64,000 bases of DNA from NCBI RefSeq assembly GCF_018977255.1, contig NW_024704742.1, positions 104,596,001 to 104,660,000 of the forward strand, in the 5' to 3' direction. Both the position numbers and the translations under genes were made by a program. Positions 15,701 to 26,904 of this stretch are shown in pieces. The notes under the pieces are model-generated. The model ran no database searches and was not told the DNA's origin. It was given only the letters and a program-made list of their open reading frames with translations. The stretch's first letter is position 1; every line of letters begins with the position of its first letter. The DNA is from Callorhinchus milii. Taxonomy: Eukaryota.

Positions 15701-18700
15701 TTCTAAATAATAAGGTTCATGTGTCATTCCTCGATATTGTTCACAGAAGTAAATTGAATACCTTAACACCAGTTCAAACAGAGCAAAAAAAATGAATGGT
15801 GCATTAATTAGGTTTCTCATCTCCTCATTTAGATCAGAATCTATATATTTCTGCAAATGTAACTTAAAAAACAGAAGCAAATAAGAGGTAAGCACAGCAA
15901 AACAATAATGCAGAATTCCACTATGTGAAAATTAAAGTGTTATAGGATGCAACATATTGGGGTCATGAGATGCTAGAACACAAGCTCACTGCTATGATTT
16001 CCCATCTCGTGATGCTCAATCTTACCCATGCAATTAGGAGTTACAAAATGAAACGCAATTATTTATTGCTGTTAAACAGGAAGACATTAGGCTAAGTGTG
16101 AAAAATAATTATAGGAGTTGAAACTTTAAAAGAAGGCTTTTCATGAAGAATCTTATAAAATAAGGAAGCTGAACTAACTTGGACTTGATATTCCACAGCT
16201 GGAGGCTCCCTTGATAACTCCCCAGAAGAATTTTATTGATATAGGTACTTGGATGAAAAACAGCGGAAACTCTGAACACGTTCTTATCAAAGTTCAGCTG
16301 AAGATACTCTTCTGCAAAAAACAGAACATGCAAAGAAACAATAATAGATCATTGTCAGGGCTATTCTAATGTCAGCTAACTACTGAACAAAGGCTTCCTC
16401 TATATTTTTCCATTTCCAGTAACTGTAGATACTTCTTGGTCATATTTATCGTTTTGAACGTAGCAAAAAAGAGCTTGCATCAAATTATCATGCATATCAT
16501 TTACAACTACAGCATTACAGAATGATGCTGCACGCCCCTTAGCACCTCTTTCTTGTGTTAGATAGGAAATCCAGGTGACTTAAAGGAGCCACAGGTACTT
16601 TATTGACAAAAGTCCCCAAAATCTATCCAGCAAGCCATTTACTACTCCAATCCGTTTTGCTAAACTGCTAAGATGTAGCTTAGCCATTCAATGTCCCAAA
16701 TATTACATTTCTGCCTGCTCATATTATGATGAAGTTGGGAAGACAGAGTGTAGCCTCCAACTATGACTACAATTTTAATTTATTGAAAACAACCAGTTGG
16801 CAATGAGAGTATGATCAAGTTTCACTGTGATTTTCCCATTCTATTCCAGTCAATTTGTCTTTCAAGAGTTTTCTTCCTGCCATGAACAGTGGTAACTTGA
16901 GTACAGAACTGCAGGGCTCAAAATACCATGGAATTAAACTTCAGCGAACAAAAAATGGATAGTGGAAAAGTGCTAATTTACAACACATATTTTTACAAAT
17001 CTACATTTATATAGGCGTTTCACATCGGGAGGACATCCCAAAGCATTTAACAGAACTGCCTGGGCACCCGAGGTGGGGGTGGGAGCCGAGGGGAATGAGA
17101 AGGGGAAAGATGACCAAAATCAAGGTCAAAGCGATGGGTCAAGACAGACCTGGAGGTTAGAGGGAATGAGTCGGATGGACTCCGGTATGGAGTTCCAGAG
17201 AGTGGGGGCAGAAACATTGAAAGATCAGTTTCATAAAGCAGAAAAGAATATAAGCTTTTCACAAATGGGCGTATTATAATAATATTGGTTGGAGTACAAC
17301 AACTTGCATTTATATAGTGTCCTTCACAAAGAACAAAGTCTTAGAACACTTTGATGGACATTGAATGGGAAGGTGGGGACGGGGGGAAGAGGGAGAACAG
17401 GTCTGGTCGAACAGGTAGGTTTTAAGGCAGGGCTTGAAGACCATGTGGGGGTAAGAGTTCCAGATGTTAGGCATGTGGAATCAGAAAGCTCGACCACCAA
17501 TGGTGTCTACTGTGGGTAGGTTGGGGATCACACAGCAAGCTTCAGTTAGCCGAGTGGAGGCGGCAAGGAGATGAGGAGTAAGAGGAGCAGAGAGACAGGG
17601 AGTTCTTAGTGCATGATGGAATTTATTGATGAAGGTGAGAATCTTAAAATTGATTTCCTGAGAGACAGGGAGCCAATGTAACCTGGCAAGGACTGAGGTG
17701 ATGACCATATAGAGCTTGGTTTGGGTGAGAATGGCAGAGTTTTGGATAAGTTGACGTTTATGGATGATGAAGCTGGAGAGATCAATGAGTTGTTTGTTCG
17801 AAAGATCAAGCCATTAGGTGACATCCCAGAATCCTGTATCTTACTCACCTTCTGACTGTACATCCCAAATTATAAGAATGTTATCTCGGTCTACTGAGAT
17901 TACATGATCACCAAAAGGCAGTAGAAGGTGAACCTCTGCATTATGTCCTTTGTATGTATGCACAACCTAAAGGGAATAGAAATTTATCAATCGTTAGATT
18001 ATTTGAGGTCAGACAATAATTAATTTGCTACTGAGATCTAATCCTAAATTGTGTTGCACTGTATACAGTATTTAAAATGCACATTTCCAAGATAGCAGAT
18101 ACTGTACTGTGTCTCCCTTTGTTCTGTATTGAACCGTTGAAATTTCAACAATCTTTTATGAATCAAGAAAGTTATCAAGCGTGTGTGTGTTTATGTTGTG
18201 ATTGTGTGTGTGTGTGTGTGCGTGGGGGGGGGGGGGGGGGGGGGGGGGAATTTAACTGATACCTACCACCATTCAGTACAAAACTTTTCAGGCTTCTCTA
18301 CTTTTCTTTTGTGAGTCTCTTCAGACCTCTCCTGATCTCTGTCCAGCTGGATACCATGACGTGTCCTATTGGAGCTGCTTGTTATTGGCTGGGCTTGCTT
18401 TATTCTGCTGGCCTGGGGTAGTTATTCCAATTGATCAAGCTGACCCAATTGACAGCTCCCCTCTCCATATAATATTGCTACTGTTTCCATGGTGCTGGAA
18501 TCTGGTGTTTTCACCCATGTTACACACCATTTTAGCAGATAATCAATAGGCAGCAACCAAGAAAGTATATCCCGCACAACAACCAAAAAACACTCACACA
18601 CTCTGCTTTTCATCTTACAATTTTACCAATAAACCCACAAAAAGGTCAAAGTATTCAGATCACAAGCCCAACAATGGTATTTATTACTCATTTTTTATTT

Positions 18701-21700
18701 ACTAATCAAAATGCAATTTCGCCAAATCTGGATTGCCAATTCGTCATGTGGTTAGAGGCGAATGGTTTGGTCAACCCTGATCTAGAAGGGCGAAATTCCT
18801 TTTCCATGGTGACATATTTCCTGGAATCAGATTTTTGCATTAGTAAGCACCTAGTACCAAGGGCCCTTTTTGATTTGTAAACATGTGCAATGGTCATTTT
18901 GCAAATTGTCCATTATTTAATGTGAAGTTATTAATGCTAGCATATATAAACTAAAATCCTCTCAGCTTGGTGCAAGGCCATACATTCCTTATTGTCAGAT
19001 TCAGGGGGGAAAAACTGTGCATCTAGTAAATTTTAAGACATTTACAAGGTTTCACTTGCATACAGATGCTTCAAATAATGAAATATCCTTTATCTGTCAT
19101 TATGTCTTTTCTATCTGAAATGTGTTTTTTACATTTTTCTCCCTTAAACTTATTACAGTGTTGAATTCTTAGACCAAATGGTTAAGGGAATTGCATATTT
19201 TTTTCTTCAGCAATTACTTAGTTTTCAATAGTCAAGGGCATTGGATGCAATTTGAAATCAGATAGTACTTTGCTGTTTACTCCCTAAAAATTACCAACTG
19301 CTGCATAAAGGCTTCATACCGTTGAATATGAAATCAAATCAATATAAATTACAGTTTCTGTGAGACTGACTACCTGTGTTCCATCAAGATGCGAGGGTAA
19401 CTGGGAAGTAACTGGATATAAGAACGATCTTTGACAAAACTAGACTGCTAATACGTGGTATGTTGAGTTATCCATGCATCATTGATATCTTCATGTAGCA
19501 CTTCTGTAGACATATTGGTATTTGTAATTGTTAAATCCAGTTTAGTAAAAATATTCACTTTGAAGGAAAAAGAGTCTTGTGTGTATACATTGGTTAGCAG
19601 ATCTTCGTTGGAACAAACAGTTTGAAAATTTGAAAAAGTTTAAACCATCATAAAATTTGATGGAGAGAATATACCAAACTAGTGGAACAATATTTAAACT
19701 CACCTCTTTGTTTCGAGCAAATGCTTTGACAAAATTGCCATGAGCTACAAACACAAGCATTCGATCTGCTGCCAGACAAGTGATGTCTTCAGGAAGTGCA
19801 TTACCTAAAAATATAGATAACATGGGACTTAATCAGGGTTGATGTCTTTTAAAGAAAGTTAGACCATTTATTTATTACAGGTCAAATGCTAGGAAACAAT
19901 ATCACCAACAATCAGTTATAATTGCCTATTATATTTCCAATTAGAGAGAACCCCACCCCCCAAAAAAAAGATTTTCCTCAAAAGAAATTTCTGTCTCGTT
20001 GTAATTACATTTCATTCCTAAGAACATCACCTTGGAAACAGTTCAGTTCCAAAGAATCCCGCTTACTTTCGCCATCACTCCCCCGAGCTACAATTAAAGG
20101 GTGTGATGAATTACTCATTCAATTCTATCGTTATGAAACCATTCCTACTCAAACAAAATTGTAGGTGTAGTAGCAACAACCAAAACATGGTGCATTGAGA
20201 AACAAAGTGTGGGTGTAAATGAAATATTCAGCTGCTAACTTAGTCAGGATGATACTTTCACTCAGGAGTATATTTTATTATACACTTTATCAACAAAGAC
20301 AATGCAAGAATGTGGAATGCCTTACCACACGAAACAGCCTCCGGGAAATGGGACTAAAAATATCAAATTTAAGGCCTTTTTTTAAAAAGTGCAATAGAAA
20401 AGCAGAACAGGCTTAATGGGCTGAATAGCTCACCAAGAACCAGTACAAACGGCCATTTAGCCCCTTAAGCCTGATGCTGATAGCATGCGTTTTACAATGC
20501 CTACAGGAAAATGTTTGTGTAAACTCTAAATGTGTAAAGCTGCCAGTCAAGAGGTTAGTTATAGTTTTGATGGTTAATTATATTCCTGAAGTAGCGTATG
20601 TGCAGGCTTCGACATGCAAAAGAAACTCATGAGTATATATAATGGTTTCAATTTATTTTTGTGCGTGGAAACTGCAAGGTCACTTCAAATTAAAACATGA
20701 ATAAAAGATGGAAAATTGATGTACTTACTAACTGCAACTATTCCAAGTTTTTTTACCTGTTAAAGAACATAAACGTTAATGTTCACAAAAAGACAATTTA
20801 CTCTATAGTTAATGGATCCCAACAACAACAACAAAATTACATTTGTATAGCGCCTTTCACTTCGGGAGGACGTCCCAAGGCACTGGCCAATCAGTGGTTC
20901 GGACCAAGATTCAATGATTGTGTTACCCAAGAGAACAATACTATGATTCCCTTCACTATCCTTGCCATAAATCTAATTTAACATATTATTTTGAATATAC
21001 AGAAATCACTTAATGTTTACCATTCAGTGGCCTATGCATTTCAATAATCAGGAGGGTTTGGCACAAAAATATTATCGTAACCAAATTTATAATAATAATC
21101 CTTGCATTTGATATAGCGCTTTTCACGTCTTCTAGATGTCTCAATGTGCTTCACAGAAAATACTGTAAAGTGAATTGACTATATATTTGTGAGCGAAACG
21201 CGGCAGCCAATTGTGCACAGCGGTGTCCCATAAACAGTCGTGGATTGATAACCAAATTATTAGTGACTGGTCTGCCCTTCCAGGTCCTGTCGATGAGCCA
21301 AGCTGGCTCTGTTTGCATCAGCAGTGCCCTGGAATACTGTGGACCCATCTGGCTCAGGAACCGGACGACCGGGACCCCCACAGAGCTTGATTCCGACATT
21401 CCATTGCCAGGCATGTCACCTAGAAGCCATTCCAACTCCTGCTTACCTCCCCAGCTGATCTCCAACCCCTCTCCTTTTCCACCCCAAGAGGACAGTCACT
21501 AGTTGTTCGTTCAACATGCGACAAGTGCAGGTTTGAGCTCTTACTAGGTGGATGGTAGGTACAAGAAACTCCCTGTGAGCTTCCCGGTCGGCAACCCATC
21601 TCAGCATAAAATGCATGAGAGCATCGCCACCATCTTCTTGTCCGCAGCTCGGGCACATGTCATAGAATCATAGATATCCCTTCCCATTGAGCGATGGTTC

Positions 21701-24700
21701 CATCAATTGGAGGTGCAGAGTTTAAGCAGTAGCTGCTTGCCTCTCTGCAGGCCAATCAAGGTAGATTCCAGGCACTGAACGTAGGAACATGTGTTCACTA
21801 ACTCTGACTCCAGGTAAAGCCTTCCAGCAGCTGTCACCTCAAGCCTCAGCTATCTGGTGGGTATCTGCCTTCAGCGTGGTGGAAGGAGATTTACAGGACA
21901 GCTTGTGACATGCCAGCCACCTAAATGTTCTTGAGGTCCAAGTCCAATGCTGTGTACCAGCTTACTCAGCACCAGTTGCTCACAGGTCCCCATGCAAGGG
22001 ACCTTGGCAAATAGACGTGCCCGGTGTGAAGCCGCCTCACCTCCAGGGTGCTCAGCTGGAGTAGGGCGGAGCACTCCCTGTAGCCACTTTTCATGTTTGC
22101 CACAAATCCATCTCACTGCTTGATCCTGGATTTTGCAGATCGGTCGGAGGAAGCCTCTCCACTGCATCCCCAGAAGCTTAGATGCTTAAAGGAGGACTAT
22201 TGGCACACAGGTCTTATATATCACAAGATTGACCTGCATTGGGACCTTGCTGTCCTTGAATAGGGAAGGGAAAAAAGGAGGAGGGGTGGCAATACTCATT
22301 AGGGACACGGTCACGGTCCTGGAAAAGGACAATGTGTTAGAGGGTCCAAAAACTGAATCTATTTGGTTAAGAGTTACGGAGCTGAAAAGGAGCTGTTACT
22401 CTGTTACGTATTTACTATAGACCTCCAAATAGTGGGAAGGAAATAGATGAGCAAATCTGCAAGCAGATTTCGGAGAGATGCAAAACCAACAGAGAGGTGA
22501 TAATGGGGGATTTCAATTATCCACAGTGTAAATGGCAAGGAAGGGAAGGAATTCCTGAAATGTGTGCAGGAGAACTTTCTGGATCAGTATGTTTCCAGCC
22601 CAACAAGGAAGGAAGCAGTGCTGGATTTAGTTCTGGGAAATGAAGTTGGGCAAGTGGAGCAGGTTTCAGTCGGAGAGCATCTGGATAACAGTGATCACAA
22701 TATCATTAGGCTTAGAATAATTAATGAAAAGGACAACAATCAATCAAAGATAAAGATCTTCAACTGGAAGCGGGCTAATTTCAGTGAGCTAAAAGGGGAC
22801 TTGGCCAAGATAGATTGGAAAGAAAGATTGGCAGGTAAGACAGCAAATGAACAATTGGGATTAAAATAAAACAGAAAAAGGAGGCTTATGACAAATGTCA
22901 GGTCCAAAACAAAAAAAAGATTAGCAGGAAACGTAAAAGGGAACCCTAAGGTATTTTATAAGCATATCAAGAGTTAAAGGTTACTCAAAGGTAGGGTGGA
23001 TTCAATTAGGAACCCAAGTGGAAATCTTCTTGTTGAGGTAGAGGGCATGGCTGATGCATAAATAAGTACTTTGCAACTGTCTTCACAAAAGAAGATGATG
23101 CAACTAATGCCAGCCACAATATCACAGGAGTGTGAACAGAAATTGGACATGATAGTCACCTGGTCTGGACGGGATGCCTCCTAGGTTACTGAGGAAAGCA
23201 AGGGTGGAAATAGTGGAGGCTCTGGCCACAATTTTTCAGTCCTCTTTGGATAATGGACTGGTGAGAGGTCTGAAAGGTTGCAAATGTTACTCCCCTGTAC
23301 AAAAAGGGGCAGAAGGATAAACCTGAGAACTGCAGACCAATCAATCTAACATCAGTAGTAGGGAAACTTCTGGAGACTATAATCCGGGAACATATAAATT
23401 CTCACTTAGAAAAATATGGTTTAATAAAGGACAGTCAACACGGATTTGTTAAAGGCAGATTGTGTCTGACAAACCTAATAGAATTTTTTGATGAAGTGAC
23501 TGAGAGGGTGGATGAAGGTAGTGCAGTAGACGTAGTTTATCTAGATTTTCAAAAGGCATTTAACAAAGTGCCACATAAGAGACATATAAACGAAGTAGAA
23601 GCCCACGATATTAAAGGGACCGTGGCAACATGGATCCAGAACTGGCTCGGAGACAGAAAGCAGAGAGTGGCAGTAAACTGTTGCTTTTCTGACTGGAGGG
23701 AGGTGTGTAGTAATGTCTCTCAGGGGTCGGTATTGGGACCACTGCTCTTTCTGATCTATATTAATGATCTGGACCTAGATATAGGGAGCACAATTTCCAA
23801 ATTTGCAGACAATACTAAGCTAGGAAAAGTAGTTAATGGTGAGAAGGATAAGAACTTAGACAGATTGGTAAAATGGGCAGAAATGTGGCAGATGAGATTT
23901 AATGTGGAGAAATGCCAAGTTTTGGTAGGAAGAATGAAGAGAGGTGGTATAAGATAGATGGTACAATCTTAAAGGGGGCAAATGAACAGAGAGATCTGGG
24001 GGTCCACATAAGCAAATCTCTGAAGGTGGCAGGACAGGTAGATAAAGCTGTTAAAAAAGCATACGGGATACTAGGCTTTATAAATAGGGGCATAGAATTC
24101 AAAAGTCAGGAGGTTATGTTGAATATTTATAAAATGCTGGTTAGGCCTCAGTTGGGAGTACTGTGTTCAGTTCTGGGCACCGCACTTTAGGAAAGATGTG
24201 AGGGCATTGGAGAGGGTGCAAAGGAGGTTTACCAGAATGGTACAAGGAATGAAGGACCTTAGTTATGAAGAGAGGTTAGCGAAACTAGGATTATTCTCCC
24301 CAGAGCAGAGAAGATTAAGAGGGGATTTAATAGAGGTTTTTAAGATCATAAGATTTGGGTTAGGGTTAGGGTTGAACCGGGAAAAACTGTTTCCATCGGC
24401 ATGTGGGTCAGTAACCCGAGGACACCGATTTAAGTTAGTTGTTAAAAGAAACGGAGGGGAGGTTAGGAAAAAATGTTTCACCCGGCGAGTTGTTTGGATC
24501 TGGAATGCATTACCTGAAAGGAAAGGTAGTGGAAGCCGATTCAATAACAACTTTTAAGGGAGAAGTAGATGGGTATTTGGGGAGGACAAGATTGCAGGGC
24601 TACGGAGAGAAAGTGGGCCAGTGGGATTGAGTTGGATTGCTCTTTTTGGCGCCGGCGCAGACGCGATGGGCCGAATGGCCTCTTTCTGTGCTGTATGAGT

Positions 24701-25402
24701 CTATGATTATTAACCACACGTGCCAAAGTCCTAATAAGTAGGGTAGTCCCTGTTTGACGAGCAGCCAAACGCTTGTTCTCAATGGCAGACTATACAAGAC
24801 GGTCAAACTGCAGCCGTACCTCCGCTGCAAACCCCGGAGCTAACGACACAGGCGTCACAGCAAAGCGCGAGGAATCATTATGTTATTAGGGCAGCACTCG
24901 CGCTGCAGCCCCACGTCCCGCGCGTCGTGCGCCGCTGCGCCCAACCCCCGGAGCATCAACATCCTGTGACGCAGCGGAGACAAACCGCTTCACACGCCGG
25001 GGACCCCCTGTCCCAGACACCCACCGCAAGCTGCACCCCCTCCCCCCCACCCCACCCACCCGGGTGACACGCTCCGGGCCCTGTGGGGCACAGCAGCACA
25101 CACCGGGCCTCACGCCGTACCCCGGGTACCCCCCAGAGGGCACGTGCTGCACCCACACCGGGCGTGGTTTGGCCGCGCTGTGCGGGTTGGGGGGGTTTAT
25201 TTATGTTTATTGTATGGTGGGTTTCCTCGGCCCCCTCTCGGGCGGGTGTACTCACGTTGTAGGTGTGCAGACTGGCGCCCACCGCCGTCACCAGGTAGAA
25301 GGTGCGGTGCCGCTGGTGGAAACGGACCGCGTGAGGCACGTGGTTACAGTACAGCGCGAGCGCCCGGTAACCGCTGAACAGTCCACCGCCACCGCGAGGC
25401 AT
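613..25402 (-). CDS. WDR36: WD repeat-containing protein 36 (UTP21 homologue, SSU processome), coding exons 1-15; 3' part outside window
   Basis: 15 hand-spliced GT-AG exons join in frame to 569 aa ([24 protein letters not shown]...[13 protein letters not shown]...GHSAPPTKI...[13 protein letters not shown]...GHQGQINDM), matching recalled vertebrate WDR36. Confidence 0.97.
1732..1897 (-). CDS. WDR36: WDR36 exon 14 (166 nt)
   Basis: [32 protein letters not shown]...LLHRD; taag / gtaaga. Confidence 0.95.
2530..2930 (+). mobile_element. Degenerate CR1 ORF2 fragment
   Basis: gaatactttgcctcagttttcacaaagga and [16 protein letters not shown] motif. Confidence 0.7.
3586..4012 (-). mobile_element. 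L2 3' fragment
   Basis: [25 protein letters not shown]; similar to 26930-27310. Confidence 0.85.
5354..5468 (-). CDS. WDR36: WDR36 exon 13 (115 nt)
   Basis: [38 protein letters not shown]; ttag / gtaagc. Confidence 0.95.
6662..6816 (-). CDS. WDR36: WDR36 exon 12 (155 nt)
   Basis: [31 protein letters not shown]...LHAT; gcag / gtgtgt. Confidence 0.93.
7222..7305 (-). CDS. WDR36: WDR36 exon 11 (84 nt)
   Basis: [27 protein letters not shown]; taag / gtattt. Confidence 0.93.
7895..9415 (+). repeat. Local duplication, copy A (copy B about 35223-36795)
   Basis: Long near-identical stretches including non-SINE sequence; nearly identical spurious ORFs at 7867 and 35227. Confidence 0.92.
9553..9618 (-). 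CDS. WDR36: WDR36 exon 10 (66 nt)
   Basis: [21 protein letters not shown]; gtag / gtaaga. Confidence 0.95.
10472..10592 (-). CDS. WDR36: WDR36 exon 9 (121 nt)
   Basis: [40 protein letters not shown]; acag / gtaaaa. Confidence 0.95.
11822..12545 (-). mobile_element. Old CR1 RT 3' fragment (a similar one at about 46150-46660)
   Basis: Degenerate CR1 C-terminal ORF2 motifs. Confidence 0.6.
12590..12810. mobile_element. Palindromic non-autonomous repeat (shark-type, possibly Penelope-related)
   Basis: About 60-bp inverted arms gcatctatggaaagaggaaagtgagttaa..tttcaggtc and gacctgaaacgttaactcactttcctctctccatagatgc. Confidence 0.7.
13647..13822 (-). CDS. WDR36: WDR36 exon 8 (176 nt)
   Basis: [24 protein letters not shown]...TGADNAIR; taag / gtagga. 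Confidence 0.95.
13990..14122 (-). CDS. WDR36: WDR36 exon 7 (133 nt)
   Basis: [44 protein letters not shown]; atag / gtaatg. Confidence 0.95.
15312..15366 (-). CDS. WDR36: WDR36 exon 6 (55 nt)
   Basis: [18 protein letters not shown]; gtag / gtcagt. Confidence 0.94.
16179..16311 (-). CDS. WDR36: WDR36 exon 5 (133 nt)
   Basis: [43 protein letters not shown]; gcag / gttagt. Confidence 0.95.
17849..17966 (-). CDS. WDR36: WDR36 exon 4 (118 nt)
   Basis: [39 protein letters not shown]; ttag / gtgagt. Confidence 0.95.
18181..18248. repeat. (TG)n microsatellite and poly-G
   Basis: Direct reading. Confidence 0.9.
19704..19804 (-). CDS. WDR36: WDR36 exon 3 (101 nt)
   Basis: [33 protein letters not shown]; ttag / gtgagt. 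Confidence 0.95.
20729..20756 (-). CDS. WDR36: WDR36 exon 2 (28 nt)
   Basis: acag|GTAAAAAAACTTGGAATAGTTGCAGTTA|gtaagt = VKKLGIVAV(S). Confidence 0.92.
21275..22190 (-). mobile_element. Unclassified non-LTR retrotransposon 3' region with CCHC knuckle (second copy 38070-38680)
   Basis: Two diverged copies in the window; [20 protein letters not shown] = C-x2-C-x10-H-x4-C. Confidence 0.6.
22261..24708 (+). mobile_element. Decayed CR1 ORF2 and 3' end in WDR36 intron 1
   Basis: [43 protein letters not shown]; stops, frameshifts and deletions. Confidence 0.92.
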
Positions 25403-25645
25403 CGTCAGCCCAACCCTGACCCACCCTGACCCACCCTGACCCTGACCCTGACCCGGGCGGCGAGGCCAGAGACAGCGCGGGGCTCCGGCGGCTTCTCTCC
25501 CTCTCCCTCTCTCTCTCTCCTCTCTCTCCGCTCGTCTCCCAATCACTGGCTTCGCCGAACGCGCGGTTCGCTTCAACTGTGTCACACTCTAACCTTTCCC
25601 CCTCCGAACAAACACCAGCAGCTCGGTTCCGCTTCTCACTACACC
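24760..25645. promoter_or_regulatory. CpG island spanning WDR36 promoter and exon 1
   Basis: High GC and dense CpG against AT-rich, CpG-poor flanks; includes a (CT)n tract at about 25493-25528. Confidence 0.8.
25256..25402 (-). CDS. WDR36: WDR36 exon 1 (coding part, 147 nt)
   Basis: ATG at 25402; [15 protein letters not shown]...SLHTYN; donor GTGAGT; inside CpG-rich region. Confidence 0.93.
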
Positions 25646-25649
25646 AGGG

Positions 25650-26037
25650 CAAGGGGGAGGGGGGGACTGGGGGCAAAGGGGGGGGGACTGGGGCAAAGGG
25701 GGGGGGACTGAGGGCAAAGGGGGGGGACTGAGGGCAAAGGGGGGGGGACTGGGGCAAAGGGGGGGGACTGAGGGGCAAAGGGGGGGACTGAGGGCAAAGG
25801 GGGGGACTGAGGGCAAAGGGGGGGGACTGAGGGCAAAGGGGGGGGACTGAGGGCAAAGGTGGGGACTGAGGGCAAAGGGGGGACTGAGGGCAAAGGGGGG
25901 GGGACTGAGGGCAAAGGGGGGGGACTGAGGGCAAAGGGGGGACTGGGGACAAAGGGGGGGGGACTGAGGGCAAAGGGTGGGGGGACTGAGGGCAAAGGGG
26001 AGAAAACGGCAAAAGGGGGAAACTGGGGGCAAAGGGA
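25650..26037 (+). repeat. G-rich minisatellite, unit about 20 bp (G6-10 ACTGAGGGCAAA), about 17-18 copies
   Basis: Direct reading; explains the spurious Pro-rich and Gly-rich ORFs. Confidence 0.95.
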
Positions 26038-26193
26038 GTAAATTGTGCCTCGTGTGCAGAAAACGGTCTTGTAGCGCGATTACAGCACTTGCAAGTGAGA
26101 GGATCTGAGTTTGATTGGTGGGCAGGTGAAACGTTAGGCAAGTTTCCTTATTCCACATGCATTTGCCTGGCAGTAAGTGGGAACCTGGATGGT

Positions 26194-26513
26194 ATAATAA
26201 TAATAATAATCCTTGCATTTGATACAGCGCTTTTCACGTCAGGGAGGACGTCCCAAAGCGCTTCACAGAACACACTGTAAAGTGAATTGACTGTATATTT
26301 GTGGGCGAACGCAGCAGCCAATTGCGCACAGCAATGTCCCACAAACAGTCGTAGATTGAAAATGACCAATTTATTATTGTTTTTGGTTTTGGAGGGATTA
26401 TTATTAGATGTGTGCAGTAAGGAAACTTGCCCAAGGTTTCGCCCTCTGCCTGGAATTGAACTCAGGTCTCTCACTTGCAAAGCGAGTGCTCTAACCACTG
26501 AGCTACAGGACTC
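26194..26513 (-). mobile_element. tRNA-derived SINE, same family
   Basis: Near-identical sequence. Other full or partial copies at about 6072-6448, 8917-9138, 9295-9510, 14669-14850, 21088-21260, 29056-29210, 35866-36185, 36587-36810, 37747-38063, 43399-43760, 59806-60110, 62216-62596, 63834-63990. Confidence 0.9.
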
Positions 26514-26904
26514 GATTGATGGATCGCTTTTCCAAGGGTAATAATTTCTTCAAAAGAAAAAATAATAATTTAGTCACTCAATCTACAACTGTTTGTGAGA
26601 CACTGCTGTCCCACAATTGGCTGTTGCATTTCACCTACAAAATATACTGTCAATTCTCTTTAGAGTATATCCTGTGAAGCGCTTTGAGATGTCTCGAAGA
26701 CTTGATAAGACGCTATATCAAATGCAGGGATTATTATTATGTACTGTACAATGAATGGCACAACCAAACAGATTTCAAAACAGAACAGAACTGTTTTAAT
26801 AAAGTATAAACTTAATTTGCAGTTAGTTGGGATATCTACATTATCTGATGCCACAATGACTGGTCAAAACCTCATCTTCCATACTTGCTCACTGTCCTTT
26901 GTCA

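Noticed and set aside
24956..25585. 209-aa ORF implying a longer WDR36 N-terminus
   Set aside because: Starts at a non-ATG codon, crosses CT and TCAGGG repeats and runs into intron 1. Homology starts at ATG 25402.
25344..26218. Long Pro-rich and Gly-rich ORFs
   Set aside because: Translations of the G-rich minisatellite.
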